Of a stretch of DNA of 62,608 bases, positions 12,157 to 24,278 are shown one piece after another. Source of the DNA: Polymyxa betae A26-41 (Eukaryota; Protista; Endomyxa: Phytomyxea); the NCBI GenBank assembly GCA_003693705.1, contig RBZT01000508.1, forward strand, positions 1-62,608, read 5' to 3'. Under the pieces are notes generated by a model. The model saw only the letters and a list, made by a program, of their open reading frames with translations. It did not search any database and was not told the DNA's origin. The number at the start of each line of letters is the position of its first letter. Within the stretch, counting starts at the first letter, position 1. Made by a program: the position numbers and the translations under genes.

Positions 12157-14509
12157 CTATAGTTTATTCTCGATAGAAAACAGGCGGACAGTATGGTCAG
12201 TACCACAAGTTGCCAGCAGAGGATACTGCCCCATCTTCTTAGGCTGCCAGCAGACCTGCTTAACAGTTCCTGAATGTGTCATTGATGTGGGCAATGTATG
12301 TAGATGGCGCCATTGTGATCCACACGCCATACTCTGCCATAGTTCAATACGACCATCTTCACCACCAACTGCTAACAAGTCGCCGCTAGTGAACGCCACA
12401 GCCGTGACAGCCGTCGACAGCGTGAACGCGCCGACCTGTGAGAAGGTCCCTGTCGTCCGATCAAGAGCCCAGGCTTGGACCTGCTTATCTCGACCACCCG
12501 TCACGAAATACGAATCATCGCTGTTCCATGCGCATGACCAGATTACCCGGGTATGGGCATTCTTAATTTTGTGTGATCGACGCCATCCATCAGCGCCATG
12601 AACGCTGACACAGACGCTGCGATCTCTCGATATCGATAGCAGATATTGATCATCACCTGAGAATGCCATCTGGATAACGGTCAGGTCGTGGTTCAGAAGA
12701 CGTTGCTCTTCTTTCCACGTCGAACATCGCCAAATGATGATGGCGGCGTTATGACGGTCGCGTGATGTCGATGCCGACGCCAGCCATGCGCCGGAATGCG
12801 ACGCGCACACCGAGAACAGATGGTTGCCGTGCCCGTACAGCTTCGCCACCTCGGGCCAGAGAGAATCCAGAGCCAGTAGCGATTCTTCGGGCGGTACCAC
12901 CACATCGGTCAGGATGCGTTCTCTCTCCTTCATGATCTTATTGGACAGACTCAATGGTGGCAAGTAGACGCCCTCAGCACGGGACATTTCGTCCTTGCAG
13001 AGCACGACGCCGCTCAGATCGTGAAGATCGCGCAGGAACGGCTTCGGGGCATCGAACACGCGCAGGACCTTCTCTTGTCCAGCTGATACGAATCGATGCT
13101 GAACGCCGGGAACTGTGCATATGCACGCCATGTCATAGCCGTGAACCTGATTGGGGGTGAATTCGTGGAATGTAGGGTTTAGGGTTTGTCAACCTGCGGA
13201 CGAGAGATTTCGTGGAATGAGAGGGAGGGTGCTCGGGGCGATTTCAACCAGGGCGCGTAGACGCGCGTGGTCTGATCTTCTTCGCCGATTGACACGATGT
13301 AATCGCCATCAACGTCCCAGACGATGCCGGCCACGGCCGAACAATGTCCTGACCAGACAGTTTTGCTGTGCCAGAGGCCACGATCGTCTTGCGCCCAGAG
13401 ATAGAAGGCGCCATTGTAGGTATTGGTCAGAATCATGGAGGCGTCCGGTGAGAACGCCACCGCGTAGCAGGCCAGATTGTGACCGCCGACTTCGCCCGTT
13501 TGAGACATTGAGACCCATTTGTCGTCTTCTAAGCGCCTAAGGACAGTGATGTCAGTCAACGCTTATCATAAACAGCAGTAGCAAAGTTGAGAGATACTGA
13601 GAAAAAGCCATGATAAGAACCAAATCATTGTGTTTGTTAAACAGAAAGCAAAGAACAAAGCAGAAACTCGTCAGACCATGACATAACAGTTTTGTCAAAA
13701 GATGTCGAATAGAGGCTGTGATCAGGTCCCCATTTCGCATTCATCACTGAATGGTCATGTCCATCCAGGACGGCTTCCAGCGTTACATCCAATCGGGGTC
13801 GCTGTTCAGCGTCACTGAACGACCAAATGCGAATGTTGCGATCGAGAGAGGCGCTGGCCAAGACGCATTCGTCGCTGACACCGACTGCCCAATCCAGGTC
13901 GCGGATCCAATCAGCATGACCTTCAAGAGCAGCGACCTGTTTGAATAGGTCGTCCTCTAAGCGGTAAATGACAATTCTGGCGTCGACGCCGCCGATCGCG
14001 AGGAAGATGCGATCATTGTAGAGGCAGAGCGCCGAACAGAGAGGCAGAACACGGCAGTCGATTGTTTGAAAAAGTTTCGTGTTTTTCCAGACGCGAACGC
14101 ATTTGTCTGAGGCCGCCGTTGCCGCCAGAAAGTCGCCCGACGGCAGCGCTAGAGACGAAAGATGCCCGATTGATTCCGAATGGGCGGCGATCGATGATTC
14201 GAGAGAATACTCAGGGCCTTCATAGTTCCAGAAGTTTAAAAAACCCAGAGAATCGCAAGACAACAGACGGCGGGTGCCATCGTTAATCCAACGAACGGCG
14301 TTAACCTGAGACTCGGGCGCATGACCGACAAAGACGGCCTCGATCTGGGCGGTGTATGGATTGCCGATCACGACGAGCGGCCCCGAGCAGAAGGCCACGC
14401 GATCCATGTTGGAATCGCGACCGCGCTCCCAGCTGATGCCACATGACGACCGGTTGGCGCCGGTCGCCACGAACACGGCTGAAGTCGTCAGCTCGACCTG
14501 CTGCTCCAT
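12157..14509 (-). CDS. ELP2: Elongator complex protein 2 (WD40)
   Basis: LEGHADWIRDL, LEAVLDGHD, GEVGG, DQTTRV, HEISRPQVHGYD, FVSAGQEKVLRVF and LWPEVAKLYGHG; an alternative upstream ATG lies at 14557. Confidence 0.92.
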
Positions 14510-14620
14510 CGGTAAAATGACCGCGCCGATAACGTGAAGGTGACCCGCAAATTTCATGAGAGAAACCCTAACCCTACCCTAACAATTGAACCCCTCGCTC
14601 ACACAGAGCATAGGTTGTGA

Positions 14621-14698
14621 ATGTGGAGGGATGACATGCGATCAGTATGTGGAGGGATGACATGCAATCAGTATGTGGAGGGATGATATGCGATCAGT
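14621..14698. repeat. 3 x 26 bp tandem repeat (atgtggagggatgacatgcgatcagt)
   Basis: Three near-identical adjacent copies between the CCCH gene 3' end and the ELP2 start. Confidence 0.9.
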
Positions 14699-14763
14699 GC
14701 AATTGAGAGACTGTAGAAGCGCGTTCGACGCGGGATTTGCTGATTACAGTGTTTATTGACTTT

Positions 14764-15246
14764 TCAGAAGGATGGAGTTAATACGAATTGTGATGGACGT
14801 AATAGAATATCATTGGTGAGGCTCTTGGTCGACTTTCGCATCGCGTCTGGGGCAGCGATAGGCAGCAACAGGTCCAATGGTAGAGCCATGGGAACGCTAT
14901 GGGTGACTGGCGCTGGAGAACTGACACCTACGACGATCTGAGCTGACGTCTCCTTGTGGATGAAAGCGCATCGCGGCCCAAACGGACAGAATCCTTCGTC
15001 ATGGAATCGGCGACATTTCACCGTCTTGTAGAGATGATGACGATGCAATGGACGAAGTTCCGGTTCACCATGTGCGAATTGACATTTCTGGTTATAAGGG
15101 CATTGGCCTTGCTCAGACCAAAGCCTGCACATTTCTGTTTTGTATTTGCTGGCATTCAGCTGCGAACGTGACTGCGGTTTCAAGCCCGCGTGGCGATGCG
15201 AACGCGATTCATGTAGGGCTACGAGCTTGGCGTTCGCGCTGAACAT
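14764..15246 (-). CDS. Tandem CCCH zinc-finger protein, tristetraprolin/ZFP36 family
   Basis: KYKTEMC-x8-C-x5-C-x3-H and LYKTVKC-x8-C-x5-C-x3-H. Confidence 0.9.
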   Translation of the reverse strand: MFSANAKLVALHESRSHRHAGLKPQSRSQLNASKYKTEMCRLWSEQGQCPYNQKCQFAHGEPELRPLHRHHLYKTVKCRRFHDEGFCPFGPRCAFIHKETSAQIVVGVSSPAPVTHSVPMALPLDLLLPIAAPDAMRKSTKSLTNDILLRPSQFVLTPSF

Positions 15247-15590
15247 TTCGGGTGGTTGGAGGTTAATTATGCTTCAGGCTGGTCTTATGAACCAATAATA
15301 ACAATATAGAAAATAGAGATTGACGAGGTTTGCTGACGACAAACTATTGGCAGGAATCTAATTCCGGCATGAATCAATCGATGATTCAACATATGTGAGG
15401 GTTTTGGCCATGTCAAGCTTCTTTGACCAACAAGGAAATTTCAGATTGGCAGCAGATATATCCGGCAAAAGAATGGACAGAAATTTACGACAACAAATCT
15501 TTACTGCATGCTTGGTCAAAGGGATGCATGATGTTTGGGAGGCATGGAGAAGATATGGTGTATGTTTGGAACAATTATTGATACGCAGGA

Positions 15591-18088
15591 TTACTCCCAT
15601 TCGGTCTGCATAATGTCAATGAAGTATGAGCGGTAAATCTCTAGACTTACAGTTCCAGGTGGCTTTGCTGTTAAATCGTAGCAGACGCGTTCAATATCTG
15701 GAATTTCCGACAGAATTCTTTCAACCATTTGGTTCAGACTAAAGGCAAGTTGAATATCAATAGCCGGAAATTGACTCGGCATAATGGCATTACATGGTTT
15801 CCTGGAAATGTCTTCCGGGTACGGCTGGCACTCCCGTCATGAAGTCATGCGTTACGAACGGACGCAACGTGATACATCGCTTGCCTGCAACGCCGAAATC
15901 CGCTGGAAATAGAATAACAGGGACTTGCGCCAAAACACGATGTAAACTGTTCTCTAACAGAATCTCATTGACACTGTGCATTGAGCATTAGACAAAGGTC
16001 ACGATCAGTGCGGTTGGCAGCTCACATCTTGTCAGCAGCGCGAACCAGAGCAATCTCGTCGGTTCCTAGAAAGGACGGTGTGATTGTCAGCGGTACAGGC
16101 GTGTGTAGATCATCGTTTGAGTTGCGACCGGGGAACAAGAACACGACCCGATTAACAGAGTGAACCTTCTTCGGAATCGAACTTGCAATCGACATCAACT
16201 TCAGCGCGAAATCAGATTTCAACAGCGTTGGCGCCAAATTAATACATTACCTGAATCCAGTTCGGTTTGGAAGAACGAATACCGACACACGACGCATAAG
16301 ATCGACCATCGCCTTGAACCCCAACAGTACGAATAGGAAGAAGATCTGCAGCGATATCTGGATTATAAAGAATAAGATTCGCCTAGAAACCATAACTTGA
16401 TAAAACATACTGTCAGAGTTGAATTGCTTTAGCTGAGCAATAACGGATTCGTGTTGAGGAGATAGATAAGGCTGTGAAGCACAGATGATACGGATAGCTA
16501 AGCCGGGTCCAGGGAATGGCTGGCGCCAGACCTGATGCAACATATCAGCCACAGAACTTGAGGATTTAAGAGACGGCCATTACCAGAGATTCGGAAAGAC
16601 CAAGCTCAACGCCCAAAGCACGAACTTCATCTTTATGGTAGTCCCGTAACGGCTCAACAATACGTCCTAATTCGCGTAAGTGTCGAACAATAGCCGTGTC
16701 GTTATGGTGCGTTTTAATCACGTGAGCGGCTTTTCCGATGCTGGGGCTGAACGACAAACTTGAGAGAGCAAATCAAATAGAATCGGAGCCAAAACGAACC
16801 TTCCGGATTCAATGAGATCGGGACGAAGAGATCCTTGTGCAAGAACACAGGTTGCTGCATCCAAACCGAGACGACGCAATTCTTCGTCGCAGACAGACAT
16901 GAAGCAGTCGCCGATAATCTGACGTTTCAATTCCGGGTCCTGAACCTGGTGAAGAGGCAACGTGCGGACTCCATTCACGACAGTCGTGGAGTGTGCGAAT
17001 CGCTCTCGGGCGTCGATATAATGCAGCTGTAGGCCTAACACCGAGAGCGCTGTCATCACCGATTCGCTTTCTTCATGGCGCATGAATCCCGTATCGATGT
17101 GAATGGCGAAGATCCGCTCGTGAGGAAGAGCTTTGCTGAGCAGGGCGCAGACGACCGTGGAATCGACGCCACCGCTGGCCAGCACCAGCACAGAGGCGGT
17201 GGGACCCACCGCTTTCTGTATATACTCGATAGCCGACAGCTGACGGCATTGGGGCGTGTACGTCTGGCGACAGCCGCAGACATCAACCAAGAAGTTCTTC
17301 AGCATGGTCACACCGTTCTCGGTCAAGTTGACCTCCGCTGAATCATTAGAATTTAGAAAGCGTTGGTGGGAACGTAGCAAGGACCAGTACGATGGAACTG
17401 AACGCCATACAATGGCAGAGATTTGTGGGCGATTCCGACAACAATATCGGAATGATCGGATGAGCGAGCCGTCACGTCATATTCTGGGCTTAACATGCCG
17501 ATGCTATCACCATGTGTGAGAAGAACTGGAGTTGGAGTGTCGATATCTTTCCACATAGGGGAAGATTCTGTAAATCACAATTAACTGTGCTCTTGATAAG
17601 CAGCAATCTACGAGACCTAAATCGATGTCAAAAACGCCATCTTCGCGCGTAGTCTTCCGTTCCATGGATCCACCAGCAGCAACATTGAGTAGCTGCATTC
17701 CTGATTCAGACCAATCAGCAAGGAAATATGGGTAAGATGTGAAAGGCACATGCCATAACAAATGCCCAGTACAGGTTTCGTCTTCAGGATGTCTAAATCG
17801 AAAGCAGCAGCGAGATCGGGATTGTCAGCCAGGCTGTTTGGACCGCCTGAGATAATCACTCCTTTATAACGTTTATCGGCAATGGCAGAAGCTCTTGTTT
17901 CAAATGGCATAATCTCTGTCGATGCATTAGCTAAGAAAGTGGACCACATTCAGAAATTTACCAGAGCGAATGTTCAGTTCGCGAACGCGTCTGTCTATAA
18001 CCTTGCAGTATTGGGCGCCCGCATCCAAAATAACAACGATATCCTCATCATCGTGAACAGGCAACAGATCAGCGACAGGAACGCCCAT
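15591..18088 (-). CDS. GUA1: GMP synthase (glutamine-hydrolysing)
   Basis: [57 protein letters not shown] and KPPGT-TEWE*. Confidence 0.95.
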
Positions 18089-18339
18089 CACCAGCGATCA
18101 ATTGCTTACAGGTGAAGTCTGGAATCTTGTTGGCGGCCACAGCCGGGACGGGACAGTTACTCCGGAGGTCTCCAGTACGGCGAATCTATTTCGGGCATCG
18201 CGACATTTTCCAACGGAACTCGAATTAGGAAATTCAGTCAGGACTCAGGAGTATTGTTTACCGTACTCGGACCAACCTGTAGTCAGAACCATCGTTATTG
18301 CTTTTTAAGCAAATACAACAGCAAAGCCTTCTGGAATTG

Positions 18340-19130
18340 ATTCAGCTGATCCCGAGAAGTTCAATTGTGTAGAGTTTCGATCCTTCATTAACCTCGGTTT
18401 CCTCAAAATGTGATTGCATTATCGTGAGAAGCAGAGCGTGACGACGCCGGGAGCGGAAGATTTCCGAAAAAGTTCGTTCAAACTTGATAGGTAGCTTTCC
18501 ACAACGAAGAACATTTTCATCCATTCCTTCCGGTTGAAAAAATAATAAGCAAAATGTTGAACATCAAATCAACTTAAACTTCGGGGCCGCTTACTTTGAC
18601 TGATGACGAGCGGCTTGATCTTCTGTTTAAATCGGTTACGTTGACACATATTAACCCAACGGTGATTCGTTGCTTCTGAACCTGTCAGCTGAGTTTTGGC
18701 AATTAACCTCTTTGGATGAGCTTTCAAAAATTGAGCAGTTTCGTCCAATCCAAAACATTATCTGGATTGACCCATGCGAAACGAAAGTTTTCAACTGATG
18801 CCGCCCCATGAATTTGTGTAACCAGCCATTAGAAAGACGTAATTCGTTGTCGATGTTCAGGGCGTTCTTCACTTCAACAGCTTTTGAAACGTCTCAAAGA
18901 TTATGTTAAGGTTAGCTAGGGCGATCCATGGTATAAGCGCCGGGTCTAAGTAGGAAATTTGCAAGACTTGCTCTTTTCAGATCAGGTGAATGTATAGTCA
19001 TAGGGTTGCTTAGGATCTTGTACAATGCCCAAAATCGTCGTGCGGCTGACTTGATACCCTAATCTCCTCTGACATTAACATTTATGTTGTCATGGGACGT
19101 AGACATGGCATATCAGTGTTTTCGGGGCTA
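18340..19130 (-). pseudogene. pogo/Tigger (CENP-B HTH + DDE_1) transposase relic
   Basis: YQVSRTTILGIV (HTH), LRLSNGWLHKFMGRH, degenerate NxDET region and LVISQSKRPRS; several stops and frameshifts. Confidence 0.7.
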
Positions 19131-19559
19131 TCCGTAATGACGTTCTCTTCCTGCTAGGACTTGAGACCATGAGACTAACTATCTGGGCTAGACGCTCCAA
19201 TTCGACCGTCTTAGCTGGCCAGTCCAAAAGGTGACGAGTCAATAGATAAAAATCAGGCTTTTATAGTTAATGGTCTAGATTGAATGACGAAGCCAATCAT
19301 TCAACTGACAACAGCAGGGTCGCGTCGCCAGGTCAATGATGTCGTTGTAAAGAACCCATAGAACAATTTCCCGTTTAAATCAATCAAAGTAAAGTAAAAA
19401 GTTAGGAGGATTTCACAGCTTTTGATAGGTATGATACATAACATAATCGATCATGAACACAGTGACGCACTTTTATCATTCTCGAACATTTCACCTTTAG
19501 AACGTACAGAAATGCGTTTGTGAGATATTTGGCATCGTCTGCCATCCGTTTGGTTCGGA

Positions 19560-20393
19560 ATGCTTGAAGCCGTGAGTCGTCAAGATTTTAAGCAGCATGC
19601 AAGTAGAGTATTGCTTTGGTCGCTTGCGCTTTGGACCCTAATGCTGCAGCGCTGGATTCCGCTTATCCCATCTCCTGCGTCTTATTCATCCAGCGATAAC
19701 GACGATCCGTTGCTGATCGAACGTAACATCCAGGACATCACTCCCGCCCATACAAACACTGTTATCCTTCTCCTCTTCATCCTGTCTCTGGCAGGGATGA
19801 GCTCGGCTGCCTTGCAATATGTCAATCAGCTACCCTATCAGGTACTAAGGCTGACAAAAATAATTTTGATCCGTCGCGCCTTCTTTGGATTGGCTATTGG
19901 AACCTGTATAATGAAGAGGATTGTATTCCTTATTCTGGTGTTTGATTTTTTAAATTAGGTTGTTGGAGTTTTGTTGTATGGGCTTTGGGAGCGAAACAGA
20001 TGCTGTCGACACTCATAATAGCAATGTTGCTTTCGTCTTTGATAGTGGTCCCAGCGGCTATTGTGTATGGCGATGATTACTCTGAGTGGCGTCGGGCATT
20101 CATATTGTTTCAGTATGCAATTTGGAGAATGATTCAGGTCCTTATTGAAATTGGTTAGGACACACAATCATTTTGAAAAAGAATTCATTTTGAGCGTGTA
20201 TGCTGGAATCATTTTTTGTTGGTGTTCTTCAGTTTTGCTGATACTGGATTGGGATTACGCCATTCAGACCTATCCAGTTCCGAATGTGCTGGGCTTGATA
20301 GCCGGTTTTACAACCATGTCATCCTTGCATGCAATCACTCTTGTCTTTGCCCCCCCATTAGCATCCGCAGCTTTATCTCGCAAAAGAAGTTAA
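19560..20393 (+). CDS. PIGF: GPI biosynthesis protein PIG-F/GPI11
   Basis: Small multi-TM protein ending in ILDWDYAIQTYPVP (family PLDWDRPWQxWP); two introns. Confidence 0.75.
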
Positions 20394-20539
20394 ACGAATT
20401 GTAATATATTCTCGTTAGAGATGTCTGATAGTATTAGTAGCTTAAAAGCACCTTTTATTATAGATCAAAGGAGTAATTTGTGCTATCAGATCCGCTTCAC
20501 AACGCCAAGTAAGGGCCTAGCAATGCGGTTCATTCCGCA

Positions 20540-20860
20540 GTGATTCTGCTCCTGGCGGGGCATTCGGTTTCTTGGTTATATACTGCGATGATCATCTCCT
20601 GGTTATGAAATCTTCTGAATACTGATTACTGAAGGCCATAATTAACAGGGGGTTTACGTTTCTCGTATAATGAGTCTTGCGTCCTTCGACTCTACATCGC
20701 TTCATTATCTGTTGTTGTCCTTCATCAAGCTCTGGCATAGACACAGGTCGATGCCCATGTTGCCAACAATCACGCGTCCTTCCCGCCGTTGAATGAGATG
20801 TTCGACACTTGGGTGTTATGGGCATGTCCCGGGGGCGTTCGAAATTTTTGGTGAATCTCA
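20540..20860 (-). mobile_element. Possible degenerate Helitron Rep fragment
   Basis: HAHNT...C...NVNPLLIMAF...YITK loosely resembles the Rep HxH..C / NPxLL / YxxKY motifs; stop-interrupted. Confidence 0.25.
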
Positions 20861-21439
20861 ATGGCTTGCATTATACTGAACTGAGGCGTACGAATTTTTA
20901 AACACGACCACGGTGAGTTGCTTCCATCAGATCTAATCTATCCCAGAACAGTCCGGTATGAACAATGAATTGAAATTCAATTGGAAACTAAATCACAGTT
21001 TAATTCATAGATCAATGATTCCCTTCCAGATCAAAACAGCTTGATATGAGAATGCATCGTTTAATCCTGATATTTATATGAGTGGTTGGCAAAATATCTC
21101 GTATCTGTACTTCAAGAAGCTTCTGAACACATTTAAGCAAGCTGGATGAATAAGACAGAGATCGAGTACAGATACGATTTCCTATTCTGTCATTGGACCT
21201 GCGAAACAGCAAATAATGGGCATGACATCAAATGAAACGATCCACACGGCAGCTCCAAGCTCTAAGTCGACCAGCACAGCCGCAACAGCTGGGATTCTCC
21301 CTCAATACGACGTCGTCGCAAAATGATGCTGGGAAGGAACCCAACGTGACTCCTGTTTCACTCTCTATCGTGATGGAGGCTTGAAAGTGTTTCAACAGAA
21401 GCACATATCCAGACTGGCTCTCAAGCTGGCAACTTATGT

Positions 21440-21488
21440 TGACTCATGACATCAGACTCTTGACGTAACATGGTGGAGGATGACGTCA
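21440..21488. promoter_or_regulatory. Cluster of bZIP-type sites (TGACTCA, TGACATCA, TGACGTAA, TGACGTCA)
   Basis: Four AP-1/CRE-like motifs in 49 bp, ~125-175 bp upstream of the ATG at 21613. Confidence 0.45.
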
Positions 21489-21612
21489 ACGTCTTGGTCG
21501 TGTGTAATGAGTATAGCCCGTCTCTTCCCAATCAAATGCACCCATTTTACTATTAATCGGGCATATTCGACAAGGTCCACTGTTAATTTACTCTAAGCCT
21601 CTCTACTTATCT

Positions 21613-23846
21613 ATGTCACGATCTATGATCCGAAACTTGCTGCTTGGTAGCGCCGTCGCTCTGGCGTCTGCCCAAAGCGACACGTTGGCGAACATGGATC
21701 TGACAACTGCTGAAGCTGTCCCAACCACGTGCACGGCGGCTCAAATGTCTTCTATCTATAACGCTTGTCTTAACCAGTGTGAACCCACGCCTGCTAATAC
21801 CATCATCGGCTGTGATGACGTTCAAACTCGTTTCCAGATTGTCAAGTGTGCTGCTTTGACTGAACAATGCAACGGCCAGCCCGAATCTGGCGTTATTCGT
21901 CAAGCTCAAGTCAACCGCTTGAAGGAAGTCTGCTTGAACGCCGATTCATTCCGCAAGTCCGATGTCTCGCTGGTGTTCGCCTCTGCCGCCGATGTCGCCA
22001 ACTCGTTGACCGCCCAATCCCAGATCGAACAGTTGACCCTGAATGCCCAAGCTCTTAACAATGTCAACTCGACCGGATTGCCATCAATTCCGGTCGGCAT
22101 GCCTGGCAGTGGCCTTCCAGGTATCAACGGCGCCCAAGAAATTCCTGTTCGCACCAAGCGTGGAATCAAGTACCCTGGCGGTCCCCGAAATCCAGCCGGT
22201 GTTCGTGGAAGTGGCGGTTTATACGGCAACGAGTCTCCATCTGTGGATGATGTTCTTAGCCCACTACCCAGCGACATCGACCTGATGTTGCCACCCATGG
22301 TCAACGGCGGGGTTCCACCTATGGTCAAGGGCGGCGTTCCATCCATGGTCAACGGAGGGATGCCACCAATGGCCAGCAATGGCGCTGGCCGTCCCAAGAA
22401 GGGCGTCTTCTCGAGCAACGGAACCGGTATCCCCAACACCAATGGTATTATCCCAATCGACATCATCGGCGTCTCAGGACCTGGTGGCATCAACATCGAC
22501 ATCATCGACGACACTCAAGGTATCGAAATCACGGGAACTCCTGGCTATGGCGTTGGTGTTCACAAGCCTAGATCTCCACGCAAAGGTCAAGGCAAACGCC
22601 ATGGCTCTCCACGCAATGGCTACTTTGAGATCGTTGGAGGAAACGGCACTGAGGTTCACAACGGCAAAGATGTCTACAATGTCAAGAACGGCAAGTCAGG
22701 CATCGAGATCGGCGTCGGATCTGGTAACGGCGGTGATACCTACATGTTCGATATCAACGGCAAAGGATGGGGCAAAGGTGCTGGATCTCCTAAGAAGGGC
22801 AACGGACAAGGATTCGGTTTTGGATATGGACAAGGCTCCGGAAATGGCCAAGGATCTGGATTTGGACAAGGTTCCGGCTCTGGCCAAGGATCTGGNNNNN
22901 NNNNNNNNNNNNNNNNNNNNNNNNNNNNNNNNNNNNNNNNNNNNNNNNNNNNNNNNNNNNNNNNNNNNNNNNNNNNNNNNNNNNNNNNNNNNNNNNNNNN
23001 NNNNNNNNNNNNNNNNNNNNNGGCTCTGGCCAAGGATCTGGATTCGGACAAGGCTCCGGCTCTGGCCAAGGATCTGGATTTGGACAAGGCTCCGGCTCTG
23101 GCCAAGGATCTGGATCCGGGCAAGGCTCCGGCTCTGGCCAAGGATCTGGATCCGGGCAAGGCTCGGGCTCAGGCCAAGGATCTGGATTCGGACAAGGCTC
23201 CGGCTCTGGCCAAGGATCAGGATCTGGACAAGGCTCCGGTTCTGGCCAAGGATCTGGATTTGGACAAGGCGTTGGCTCCAGTTCTGGATCTGGCCAAGGC
23301 GTCGGCTCGGGCTCCGGCGATGGATACAACACTAGCATTGGCACTGGCTCTAGTGTCGGCTCCGGAAAAGGCGTCGGTCAAGGTGTTAGATCTGGATCTG
23401 GACAGGGTGTCGGCTCTGGATATGGACAAGGAATTGGTTCTGGATCAGGAAGCGGCTCTGGCTCAGGAAGCGGTCCTGGCTCAGGAAGCGGCTCTGGCTC
23501 AGGAAGCGGCTCTGGATCTCCTAGCATTCGAAAGAGCACCGGTGCTGGCGATGGAAAAGGCAGCAGCGGCAGTGGCAGTGGCAAAGGAGCTGGCGTCAAG
23601 GAATACACCTGGAAGCAGACCGGAGGCAAGAAAGGCGACTCTTCATCTTCTTCATCTTCCCCGTCGTCAGTTGGATCATCAGTTACTGCTACCATGGGCA
23701 ACGGCACTGGCGCCAAGACTTACAACACGACCAAGTTCCACACGACCAACTCGACCTCTTCAAAACCGAACTCGGTGGCAAAATTGGCCGGTCCAGCTCT
23801 TTCCGCTGTGGTTGTCTGCGCATTGACCGCTTTCTTTTCATTTTAA
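21613..23846 (+). CDS. Secreted, GPI-anchored Cys-rich + Gly/Ser-repeat surface protein
   Basis: Signal peptide [12 protein letters not shown]; Cys-rich N-domain; [12 protein letters not shown] repeats; after the gap the Gly frame ends ...[27 protein letters not shown] (GPI-signal-like); the N-gap length shifts the frame in the ORF track. Confidence 0.75.
22800..23515 (+). repeat. Coding tandem repeat, ~36 bp unit (ggctctggccaaggatctggattcggacaaggctcc), containing the assembly gap 22896-23021
   Basis: Repeats directly visible on both sides of 126 Ns. Confidence 0.9.
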
Positions 23847-24278
23847 ATTCTATAAGCAAAGTGTGATCCTAGTCGATATGCTTAATAAATCTCGATTGTT
23901 TTTAACTTTTGCGAATCATATTTCGATTAGCTCAATTTGCATCTAAGGATGCTAAATAGTAAAGATCACACAAACCGTTTCCAAAGTCTCCTACCTGAAT
24001 GCATTTTTTTTTCTCAAATATCACTTGCAGCACTTTCATTGATCAAAACTGAAAAAGAAATGAAAAATTTTGCGGAATGTAAAATCTATATTGGGAATCT
24101 GATAGCAGAGCGCAGTCGAAAGCCGGAGGCCGCGCCCATCATAACGAATTGCTCTCAAAACACTCAATCCACGTCATCATTTTTCATTACCATCGCTCTA
24201 TTCGACGTCGGTCTGTCGTTTGCCATCCTTGTCGCCAGCTTGCGTATGGCTTTGGCCTAGGCTAAAGCGCCGGGCGCA

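Noticed and set aside
23022-23826. ALAKDLD-repeat C-terminus of the 737-aa ORF, and the antisense [10 protein letters not shown] and LWPRIWI repeat ORFs
   Set aside because: Frame artefact of the estimated N-gap length; the Gly frame continues the pre-gap repeat and ends in a GPI-like signal.
19560-23846. Functional clustering of PIG-F with a GPI-anchored protein gene
   Set aside because: A single adjacency 1.2 kb apart is readily explained by chance.
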